Positions 47,501-54,517 of a stretch of DNA of 64,000 nt are shown here, one piece after another (positions within the stretch are counted from its first letter, which is position 1; every line of letters starts with the position of its first letter). Source of the DNA: Elusimicrobiota bacterium (GTDB lineage Bacteria; Elusimicrobiota; Elusimicrobia; UBA1565); contig JBAZUV010000004.1 of NCBI GenBank assembly GCA_041661185.1, positions 9,987 to 73,986 of the forward strand. The letters run 5' to 3'. Under the pieces are notes generated by a model, which was given only the letters and a program-made list of their open reading frames with translations, was not told where the DNA came from and ran no database searches. Both the position numbers and the translations under genes were made by a program.

Positions 47501-47963
47501 TGGTGCCTTGAGCGAATTTGAATATCTCGAAATTGATGTAATCGAGGGCGATGTCCGTGTCAGCAGTGGTCGTGCTTTGGTTGTTGTTCCAGCCCACCTT
47601 GAGGCACAAGAATATCTCCTTGTTGCAGACGTTCCAGACATCGTCTGATTCAGGAAAATTGGGACTGCTGGAGCACGTCGCAGACACCGCCTGATCGAAC
47701 TCGATGCGCGGATCATTGGAGATGTCGCCGTGGTTGGGACAGCGCGCCGTAGGAGTGCAGGTGAATCTCCCGGTCGCGGTAGTAAATGTGCAGACATCTG
47801 GACGAGCAACGAATATCTTCTTGATGAAGATCTGCTGCGCCATTGCCGGACCGGCTGCCGCGAAGAAGAACGCCGCGGCCAGCGCGGCCAAGCGCGCGCC
47901 GACGGAGAAACAACTCCCTCGCCTAAAAGACAGGAGCGCTCCCGGCTCTGCAGGGCTCATCAT
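44565..47963 (-). CDS. ~1130-aa secreted multi-repeat protein: multiple FlgD-Ig-like repeats and a T9SS-type (Por_Secre_tail-like) C-terminal domain
   Basis: Signal peptide starts at the MM codons at 47963 (MMSPAEPGALLSFRRGSCFSVGARLAALAAAFFFAAAGPAMA). The repeat motifs are WDGRDTAGNILPDGDYVFVL, WDGRDHNGLFVPDGTYVFVL, WDARDDSGNFVSPGFYTV and WDGTDERLTIVPDGNYLFKI. The C-terminus reads LYPNPVRGTSMSTHIY...MKIYTLSGEVV...PGVYFVLIREE...KVLIP. Confidence 0.75.
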   Translation of the reverse strand: MMSPAEPGALLSFRRGSCFSVGARLAALAAAFFFAAAGPAMAQQIFIKKIFVARPDVCTFTTATGRFTCTPTARCPNHGDISNDPRIEFDQAVSATCSSSPNFPESDDVWNVCNKEIFLCLKVGWNNNQSTTTADTDIALDYINFEIFKFAQGTNPLDPQSAPPIRTFFVDNPGIIPGDTNSDNPAADAAVPTTCVLWDGAYNILGEFGKTNGQFGFRGTVATNQTGASGNINITQTRAYPSGATKALDSAGNCDDTGANGIFVDQAPITMDVANVHVVRSTPTVVGELTGVAAEPYNLTYRLSKDATMYLTIHNTANPALSFPVIRTVVPGIPRVGEGVPNGSLQNGDSWNGRWDNGDLAPPGVYLATLQPMVRDQFGFDLGAAATRQISLDTLQITDIRVQPLMDLSTSLAVLSYQITEPATVYIDIYAPGTEFTQGLNSVNSLGDLAGVVPKNFGPSTTLLRHIEEQKDSRKSVLSIWDGRDTAGNILPDGDYVFVLYASLPSQNGYSFNGNPADQRIWSTNARSGFITVSRGMVTISQVGPSSTVIGSSPSVAGLDPFTFGYTLSRDAVVNLKIYDETGINLVKTLVANESRPANFANRDRWNIPIDDRGLWVTSGTYLAQLTAADPFVPSKVSTVTALFSVNLFRITDVVVTPLLTGSTDVVTISYQLSQPMQAAWSLYPPGTVITGSTATWPPCRSIEPGACAQVTSNGSPTTPLVVIKGMRPGRMKITEFWDGRDHNGLFVPDGTYVFVLAAQSTTTPRYFATDQIVGNVTVARGSIVFPIFNVTPTVPTLFNSSQTISLPPYQVEYSLTRQSSVTIQILSTSISPQVVRTLVLGQVRDAGIVNREFWDARDDSGNFVSPGFYTVQAIAEDLASVLSSGSTAQMTISANPLRVYDVAVSPLRPDAGTALIAYQVSETMKVGIKIYKPGTNFDRNGNATPPESQSLVKRIIGVRPARTEITDIWDGTDERLTIVPDGNYLFKIVASTDIRAIDSISGGVGLGASLAEDLIIAEVPVVRSGSVDPEADFANNTILYPNPVRGTSMSTHIYVPVQSKVTMKIYTLSGEVVFSRDFGVQASDTYVDYVWTKTNSAGRTVAPGVYFVLIREEPNRGEKTPLQVVRKVLIP

Positions 47964-48176
47964 GACACAGGTTCTACGCACACAAGAGAGTTTAATATCA
48001 GCCCTTTTCTGATTTGTTGATTCGCTGTTAAAAAGATGTTGCGCCGGCCCGTTCCTGAGGCCTGTCTGAATAATGGTATCAGCGCTCATAGGCTCGGGCA
48101 TGGGCCCTTCTGCTCACCCCTCCCCCGCCATAGGACCCACCAGAACCTAGGACCAAAGACTATCTGGTGCCTATCT

Positions 48177-48246
48177 GGTGCCAGGGGTCATTTTGTTCGC
48201 GTAACTTTCCGCGGAAAGTTACGCGAACAAAATGACCCCTGGCACC
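48177..48246. repeat. 70-bp perfect palindromic element sharing GGTGCCAGG / CCTGGCACC termini with the 80-bp elements
   Basis: ggtgccaggggtcattttgttcgcgtaactttccgcgg|aaagttacgcgaacaaaatgacccctggcacc is preceded by the tandem duplication ctatctggtgc-ctatctggtgc. Confidence 0.75.
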
Positions 48247-48247
48247 A

Positions 48248-50092
48248 TCAGCGAAGGAGGAAGCGTTTTAGGCTGGAGGACTGCTCGCCGGGGGCGGGGG
48301 CGGCCAAGGCCCAGAGTTCGAGATTCGAGCGCCCGTTCTCAACGGGAGCGAACACGAAGGAAAGGCTCTGCAAAGCCGAGGTGAAGGGGGCGTTCTTGGA
48401 CTGGACGAAGATCTTGCCTTCCAGGCGGAGCACGAGCAATTCGCGCGTCTTGGCGTCGTAGACCCAGAGCTCGCCGTTGTGCCAAGCCATGGCCCCGGGC
48501 ACAAGCTCGCGGTCCGAGTGATAATCCTCGGTCGCGGAATCCGCGCCTTCGCCCAAGTGCCGATAGAAGACGCGCGTGACCGCGTCATAGGACCAGAGAT
48601 TCTTGCCGTCGTGCGCGAGCGCCGTGGGCGCGGGCCCGGGCGTGGGCCAGACGTAGCGGATATCCGAGGGTTTGCCGAGCGCATGGCGCACGATGCGGCT
48701 CTGCGCGGAGTCGAGAGAATACATGCCGTCTCCTGAGAGCGCGAGCGCGGACGGATGATAGCTCCCCTCGGGCCGGACCTTGAAGCGTTCGATCACGCGC
48801 GAAGGATCGGCCGGATCGAGCAGCAGGAACTCCCCGTTCCAGTCGCAGACCCACAAGAGCGAGCCGTCATAAGCCATGGCCGTGGGCGTCGTGGAGGACA
48901 AAATCATCGACGAGATCGGCTTGACCGAAAGCAGGCGGCGCCATCGCATGACCGGGAACCAGGCTCCTGCCAGGACTCCTGCGATCAAGACTCCGGCGAT
49001 GATCGCGCGCCAAGGCCTGGCCGGCGCGCGCACGACTTCCACGGCCGGCGCAAGCGCCGCAGACGCCGCCGCAGGAGCAGACGCGGGCATGAAACGGCTG
49101 GAGGCATCGCGCATCCAGCTCGCGATGCGCTCTCCGGCCTCGGAGGACTTGCGCAAAGCCTCGGCCATCTGCGTGGCGTAGCGCGTCTCCCGGGACTCGA
49201 CATCCTGGAGCTGCGTGTGCCAGGTCTCGCGCTCCTTGCGAAGGCGCTCCTCCCAAGAGGTGAACTCCTGGCGCTGGGCCTCCCACGTGGAGCGCTCGCG
49301 ATCCCAGAGCTCCTGCCACTGCTTGCGCTCCTCCTGCCAGACATTCTCCATGCGCTGGAGACGATCCTCGGCCTCGCCCAGCCGCTTGACGGCTTCGGCG
49401 CGGGCCGTCTCGGCGGCCTCTCGGTCATGGCGCTCCTGCAGGAGTTCGGACAAGGTCTTCTCGACTACGCCCTTGGCCTGCTTGAGGTCCGCAGCGTCCT
49501 TGCGCGACTGCTCCTGCTGTCCGCCGCAGGAACGCTCCGCGCGCTCGGTTGACGAACGCAGTTCCTGCAGATCCAAAAGGTATTGCTGTTCCCGCTCGTT
49601 GAACTGCCGCTCCAACTCGCGAAAGCGCCCGGCCTCGGCGGCCAAACGCGCATGCGCCTGCTCGGCCATGGCGCGCAGGGTGCTGCGCTCCTCGTCGAAG
49701 CGCGCCTCCTGGGCCTTGAAGGCCTTCTGCGCCTGTTCGAGCTGCACGGAAAGATCGAAGGTCTTCTGATAGACGACGGAGTCGTCGCGCTGGGCCCTGC
49801 GCCGCAAGGCCGTGAGCTCCTGCTCGGATGAAGCGAGCCTCTCGCGCAGCTCGCGCAAAGCCAGCTCCTTGGCGTCGACGAGCCGGCGGAAATCATCGAG
49901 GCGGCCGCGATGCCGATTCTTCATCCACTCGAAGGTCTCCATGGAGACCTCGCTGGTGATGGAGGGTTCCTCAAAGGACGCGGGCATGCCCAAGGACGGC
50001 GCGCTCATGCCAGGGGCCTCCGGCATCCCGGAGGTCACGCGCGACCAGAGCCCGTCGAGCTCTTTCTGGAGGTCGTCCGAATTCATAGGCAT
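48248..50092 (-). CDS. Bitopic membrane protein: cytoplasmic coiled-coil (~330 aa), one TM, periplasmic beta-propeller-like repeats
   Basis: Long heptad-rich segments (LRELRERLASSEQELTALRRRAQ...), TM AIIAGVLIAGVLAGAWFPV, and C-terminal repeats with W/Y-x-YD (LLWVCDWNGEFLLLD, LWSYDAVTRVFYRH, LWVYDAKTRELLVL). Confidence 0.6.
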   Translation of the reverse strand: MPMNSDDLQKELDGLWSRVTSGMPEAPGMSAPSLGMPASFEEPSITSEVSMETFEWMKNRHRGRLDDFRRLVDAKELALRELRERLASSEQELTALRRRAQRDDSVVYQKTFDLSVQLEQAQKAFKAQEARFDEERSTLRAMAEQAHARLAAEAGRFRELERQFNEREQQYLLDLQELRSSTERAERSCGGQQEQSRKDAADLKQAKGVVEKTLSELLQERHDREAAETARAEAVKRLGEAEDRLQRMENVWQEERKQWQELWDRERSTWEAQRQEFTSWEERLRKERETWHTQLQDVESRETRYATQMAEALRKSSEAGERIASWMRDASSRFMPASAPAAASAALAPAVEVVRAPARPWRAIIAGVLIAGVLAGAWFPVMRWRRLLSVKPISSMILSSTTPTAMAYDGSLLWVCDWNGEFLLLDPADPSRVIERFKVRPEGSYHPSALALSGDGMYSLDSAQSRIVRHALGKPSDIRYVWPTPGPAPTALAHDGKNLWSYDAVTRVFYRHLGEGADSATEDYHSDRELVPGAMAWHNGELWVYDAKTRELLVLRLEGKIFVQSKNAPFTSALQSLSFVFAPVENGRSNLELWALAAPAPGEQSSSLKRFLLR

Positions 50093-50155
50093 AGAAGCAT
50101 CCCGAAAAAAGAGTAACAGGCTTCCTCAGGATTTCTATGAAGGAATTGTTGCGGC

Positions 50156-50347
50156 TCGACCTCGCCCATTTTTCCTGACGGGTGGAGCAGAGGGAGAAGT
50201 CCCTCCCTTCCCCCGCGCCCCTGGGAACTCCGTTCCCCCCGATCCCGTCGTTGGAGCGATCCGGGACCCATTGGGGCCCCCCTCCACGGGAGCGGGAGGG
50301 ACTCCTCCCTCTGCTCCACCCTCCGTTTCTTAGGGCGAGGTCGAATT
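50156..50347. repeat. MITE-like structured element, copy B (forward)
   Basis: TIR ctcgacctcgcccat / agggcgaggtcgaa, the same conserved core as copy A, and an inner stem ggagcagagggagaagtccctcc / ggagggactcctccctctgctcc. Confidence 0.65.
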
Positions 50348-50455
50348 TTGATGCGTGAAGTGGACTCAAGGAAAGCCGGTGCTGAAACTTCCGTATCCCC
50401 GGGTGCTGGAAACGGCTTGACTGAGGCTTTCCTCAACGAACAGCCCCTATCTCCA

Positions 50456-50650
50456 GACTCGACCTCACCCATCAGAACAGCGGGAGGCGCGCAGGGGATG
50501 CACTCTCCCGCTCCCGTAGAGGGGGGCCCCGCCATCGCCCGAATTGCTCACACCGCGGGTTTGGGGGGAACTGGTTCCCAGGGGTGCGGGGGAAGGGAGA
50601 GTGCATCCACTGAGCGTCGGGTCCCGCCAGAAAAATGGGTGAGGTCGAGG
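50456..50650. repeat. MITE-like structured element, copy C (reverse orientation)
   Basis: Its reverse complement aligns to copies A/B: ctcgacctcacccatttttctggcggg...cttcccccgcacccctgggaaccagttcccccc...ggggcccccctctacgggagcggg...gggtgaggtcgag. The inner stem gatgcactctcc/ggagagtgcatc is compensatory. Confidence 0.65.
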
Positions 50651-52060
50651 TTAACGCCGCTGCAGGCGCTGGTACTCGAGATTGGCCTCGCCGAGGTCCA
50701 CTTCCGTTCCCTTGTAGTCGGCCAGGATGCGCTTGAGGCGCTCGGCCAGCACCAGTTCGGACGCGCCCTGAAGCTTGAGGTCCTGATAGGCGCGCCAATC
50801 ATCGGAGAACCTGAGCTTCACATCCGCCCGGCGCAGGCGTTCCTGCTCCTCCTGCATCTTCTCAAGCTTGCGCTGGGCCTCGACCCGGCGCCGCTCCATG
50901 GCCTTGAGTTGGATCTCCCGCTCCAAAAGCCTGGCCCTGAGTTCAGCCTCTCCCCGACCCGCGGCATCCTCCGCGGACTGCTTGCGCAGGGCTTCCATCT
51001 CCTCGCGCAGGAGCTTGAGCTCCTCGGCCAGGCGCCACTGCTTGAGCTCCGCGGATTCCAAGGCCTTGCCCAGCTCCCGGCGGGAAGACATCTCGGATTT
51101 AAGCAGGGTCTCGTACTCCGTCTCCGGGTTCCAGGAGCCGAAGCGCCAGCTCATGCTCACGACATGGCTCCAGCGCGTGCCGCTCGAAAGCGGGATGCGC
51201 AGGGCATAATCCACTCGCGCGCCCAGACGCTTGAATCCCGCGCCCAAGCTCCAGGAGCGCGCCAAGCCTCCGAGCGTGAGTCCGCTCCTGGCCAGGAAGG
51301 TGCCGAAGCCCGCGGTGCTCCAGGAGCACTCGCTGGCCAAGGTCGCGGCATAGGCCGTACGCCGGCCCGAGGAAGGCTCTCTGCCCGCCCAGTCCATGAG
51401 GACCTTGTAGCGCCGGACCTGCTGGGCGAAACCGAAACGCATGGTGAGCGGCGCTCGGTCCGGGATCCCGGGAAGATCCAGGCGCGGAGCATTCAGATTG
51501 AGGAAGGAGAGTCCCAAGGAACGATCATCGGAAAGCTTAAGAGAAAAACCCAGGTCCCCGGCCGCGCGGGTCAAGCCTCCTCCCGTTCTTCGCCCCGAGC
51601 GGGAAAGCCCTCGGACGCCCACGCCCAGGTTCAGTATCGCGGGCCCGATCTCGCGCCAGTTGCGCGTGCCGTAGGCAAAGCCGAACTGCCGGTCCAAGGC
51701 CGTGTTCCCCAGGATATCGTGGGTCCAGTAGGCGGCTAAGCCGCCTTCGAGCGGCCCATGGAGCTGGGTCCCGGCCGCAGCAGTCATGCCCTCCATGTCC
51801 GTCTCCGCGGCCGCGGCATGGAAAAGCCTTCGCGCCGAGAGCTCCACGTCCGTGCGTTCCAGGGAGCCGGCCGCGGCCGGATTGATGGACACGACCTCGG
51901 CATCGTCGGATAGAGCCGTCACCGCGTCGCCCAATCCGGCCGCGCGCGCGCCCAAACCCACGTCCTCGAAAGCCGCCCGCGCGGGCGCAGCAGCAGAGAG
52001 GAACGCAGCCATGAGTCCAAGTCTGATGTCCATTCCCCGCCGGCTCTTGATAAGACTCAT
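50651..52060 (-). CDS. Outer-membrane beta-barrel-like protein (same N-terminal motif family as 43588-44568) with C-terminal coiled-coil extension
   Basis: Signal peptide, then GLGARAAGLGDAVTALSDDAEVVSINPAAAG, and a ~130-aa Glu/Arg-rich heptad tail (LRKQSAEDAAGRGEAELRARLLEREIQLKAMERRRVEAQRKLEKMQEEQERLRR). Confidence 0.6.
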   Translation of the reverse strand: MSLIKSRRGMDIRLGLMAAFLSAAAPARAAFEDVGLGARAAGLGDAVTALSDDAEVVSINPAAAGSLERTDVELSARRLFHAAAAETDMEGMTAAAGTQLHGPLEGGLAAYWTHDILGNTALDRQFGFAYGTRNWREIGPAILNLGVGVRGLSRSGRRTGGGLTRAAGDLGFSLKLSDDRSLGLSFLNLNAPRLDLPGIPDRAPLTMRFGFAQQVRRYKVLMDWAGREPSSGRRTAYAATLASECSWSTAGFGTFLARSGLTLGGLARSWSLGAGFKRLGARVDYALRIPLSSGTRWSHVVSMSWRFGSWNPETEYETLLKSEMSSRRELGKALESAELKQWRLAEELKLLREEMEALRKQSAEDAAGRGEAELRARLLEREIQLKAMERRRVEAQRKLEKMQEEQERLRRADVKLRFSDDWRAYQDLKLQGASELVLAERLKRILADYKGTEVDLGEANLEYQRLQRR

Positions 52061-52076
52061 CGAAAACCTCTTTCCA

Positions 52077-53126
52077 CTATCGATGCCAACTGCGCACGGG
52101 CATGGAAGGGTCCACGGCCAAGCGTCCGCCGGACTTCCCCCGCCTGAGCCTCTGCTCTCCTACGAAAGCGATCATGGCCGCGTTGTCCGTGCACAAGGAC
52201 ATGGGCGGAAAGAACACGCGCAGCCCTTTCGCGCGTTCCATGAACGCGGACCGCAAACGGCCGTTGGCCGCCACGCCTCCGCCCACGACCACGCGCCGGA
52301 CCTTCAAGCGCTCGGCCGCGGCCAAGGTCTTGGCGGTCAAGGTGTCCACGACCGCTTCCTGAAAAGAGGCGCACACGTCCGCGCAAAAGCGCTCCGAATA
52401 CGGCGGAGCCCCGCCTGAGTCCCGCACATGGTAGAGCACCGCGGTCTTAAGCCCCGAAAAAGAGAAATCCCAAGTCCCGGGCAAGAGCGGACGAGGGAAG
52501 CGCACGGCCGCGGGATCTCCCTTGCGCGCCAAGCGATCCACGATGGGCCCGCCCGGATAGCCGAGGCGCAGGAGCTTGGCCGTCTTGTCGAAGACCTCTC
52601 CAGCCGCATCGTCGCGCGTGCGGCCCAGCACGCGGTAGCTCCCCACGGCGCGCACGTGCACAAGCTCCGTATGTCCGCCGGAGACGATGAGCGCGAGATA
52701 GGGATACGCGGGACGGGCCAAGGCCTTAGATCCCGAAGAGGAGAGCTCCACGCCTGCGGCGAGTGCGTGCGCTTCCAAGTGATTGACTCCGACCAGAGGC
52801 TTGCGCGCGGACCATGCCAGGGTCTGCGCCGCGACCTTGCCCACCAGGAGCGCCCCGGCCAAGCCCGGACCCTGCGTGAAAGCCACGCCGTCGAGCTTGG
52901 AGAGCGCTTCACGCCAAGGCAAGGGACCGAAGGCGTCCTTCAAGGCCCGGCCCACGACCGCGCGCACGCGCTCCATATGCGCGCGGCTGGCCAGTTCCGG
53001 CACCACGCCGAAGAAAACCTCGTGCAGGTCCGCCTGCGAGGAGACGATGTTCGAGAGGACCCGGCCGCGGTCGATGACCGCGGCCGAGGTCTCATCGCAG
53101 GACGTCTCGATTGCCAGGACTTTCAA
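52077..53126 (-). CDS. tsaD: tRNA N6-adenosine threonylcarbamoyltransferase TsaD
   Basis: MKVLAIETSCDETSAAV, GGVAANGRLRSAF and the Kae1/TsaD His/Asp ligand pattern, spanning the full-length ASKHA fold. Confidence 0.9.
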   Translation of the reverse strand: MKVLAIETSCDETSAAVIDRGRVLSNIVSSQADLHEVFFGVVPELASRAHMERVRAVVGRALKDAFGPLPWREALSKLDGVAFTQGPGLAGALLVGKVAAQTLAWSARKPLVGVNHLEAHALAAGVELSSSGSKALARPAYPYLALIVSGGHTELVHVRAVGSYRVLGRTRDDAAGEVFDKTAKLLRLGYPGGPIVDRLARKGDPAAVRFPRPLLPGTWDFSFSGLKTAVLYHVRDSGGAPPYSERFCADVCASFQEAVVDTLTAKTLAAAERLKVRRVVVGGGVAANGRLRSAFMERAKGLRVFFPPMSLCTDNAAMIAFVGEQRLRRGKSGGRLAVDPSMPVRSWHR

Positions 53127-53139
53127 TCCGCTATCCGAA

Positions 53140-54513
53140 TCAGCCGTCCGTGGGCTTGAGGCTGCCCAAGACCTCGCGCGCTTTCAAAAGCTCCACGGCG
53201 CGCTCGAGCACCACGTCCTTGACCGGCTCCTTCTCCTTGGCGCCGGGCTTATCCTTGGAGCCTTCCTTGGCCGCGGGCTTGGCATCCTTAGCATCCTTGG
53301 CGTCCTTGACAGGAGGCGTGAATACCTCGTCGTTCTGGGAGATCTGGAGCTTGATCTCGGTCTCGCGGTCCACGGGCACCACGATATCCGGCGTGATGCC
53401 GCCCGTGTTCTTCTTCTCGTCGCGCTGGATCGAGCGCCCGTTGGGCGTGTAGTACTTGGCCACGGTCAGGCGCAGGCCCGAGCCGTCGCCCAGCGGAATG
53501 ACGGACTGCACGCTCGCCTTTCCGAAGGTCCGGTCTCCCACGATCACGGCGCGGCGATGGTCCTGCAATGCGCCGGAGACGATCTCGCTGGCCGAGGCGG
53601 AACCCTCGTTGACCAGCACTACCATGGGCAGATTCCCGAAAGGAGCCTTGCTCCCTCCGCGGAAATCCTGCCGGCTCTCCGGCCGCCGGCCCTGCGTATA
53701 GACGATGAGCTTGTTGTCCCCAAGGAAGTCCGAAGACACGTCCACGGCCGCGGTGAGCAGGCCGCCCGGATTGTTGCGCAAGTCCAACACCAGGGAGCTG
53801 GCTCCATCCTTGACGAGCTTCGAGAGCCCCTTGTAGACGTCCTCCGAGGTGTGCGCGCTGAACTCGATGATGCGCAGATAGCCGACCTTGTCCGAGAGCA
53901 GGCGCGACTGCACGCTCTCGATCTTGATGACCTCGCGCACCAGCGTGAAGTCCTGGGTGGTCCACTCCTTCTTCGAGTCCTTGCCGTCCTCCTCGGGAGC
54001 GCGCGCCACGGTGAAGGCGACCTTGGTCCCCGGCGCTCCGCGGAGCTTCTTGACCGCCTCGACGAGGGAAAGTCCCTTGGTGCTCTCCGCCTCGATCTTG
54101 ATGATGCGGTCCTCCGGCAGGACGCCGGCCTTGAAGGCGGGCGTGCCCGGCATGGGCGTGATGACCGTCAGCCAGTCCTCGCGCATGCCGATGCGGATGC
54201 CCAGCCCGCCGAATTGTCCCTCAGTCTCGGTCTTGAGGTCCTTGTGGAGTTCGGGGTCCATGAACTGGGAGAAGGGGTCGAGAACCTTGACCATGCCCGC
54301 GGCGGCGCCGTAGATGAGCTTCTTGGTCTCGATTTCCTCGACGTAGTTCTCCTGGATGTAGTCCAGGATGTCCACAAGGATCTTGAGCTGCTCATAAGTC
54401 CTGTCCACGGCCGCGGCCGTGCGCGGCAGGGCCCATACACCGGCGAACCCTAGAACGAAGGCCAGCCCTGCGCACTTCAATCTCCGGACAAGCTTTCCAT
54501 CGTTCATCGTCAT
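53140..54513 (-). CDS. Carboxyl-terminal processing protease (S41, CtpA/Prc-like) with PDZ domain
   Basis: Signal peptide, PDZ (GGLGIRIGMREDW...KAGVLPEDRIIKIEA), and an S41 catalytic region (GYLRIIEFS, LVLDLRNNPGGLL, LVNEGSASASEIVSGALQD, TFGKASVQ). Confidence 0.9.
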   Translation of the reverse strand: MTMNDGKLVRRLKCAGLAFVLGFAGVWALPRTAAAVDRTYEQLKILVDILDYIQENYVEEIETKKLIYGAAAGMVKVLDPFSQFMDPELHKDLKTETEGQFGGLGIRIGMREDWLTVITPMPGTPAFKAGVLPEDRIIKIEAESTKGLSLVEAVKKLRGAPGTKVAFTVARAPEEDGKDSKKEWTTQDFTLVREVIKIESVQSRLLSDKVGYLRIIEFSAHTSEDVYKGLSKLVKDGASSLVLDLRNNPGGLLTAAVDVSSDFLGDNKLIVYTQGRRPESRQDFRGGSKAPFGNLPMVVLVNEGSASASEIVSGALQDHRRAVIVGDRTFGKASVQSVIPLGDGSGLRLTVAKYYTPNGRSIQRDEKKNTGGITPDIVVPVDRETEIKLQISQNDEVFTPPVKDAKDAKDAKPAAKEGSKDKPGAKEKEPVKDVVLERAVELLKAREVLGSLKPTDG

Positions 54514-54517
54514 CCCC

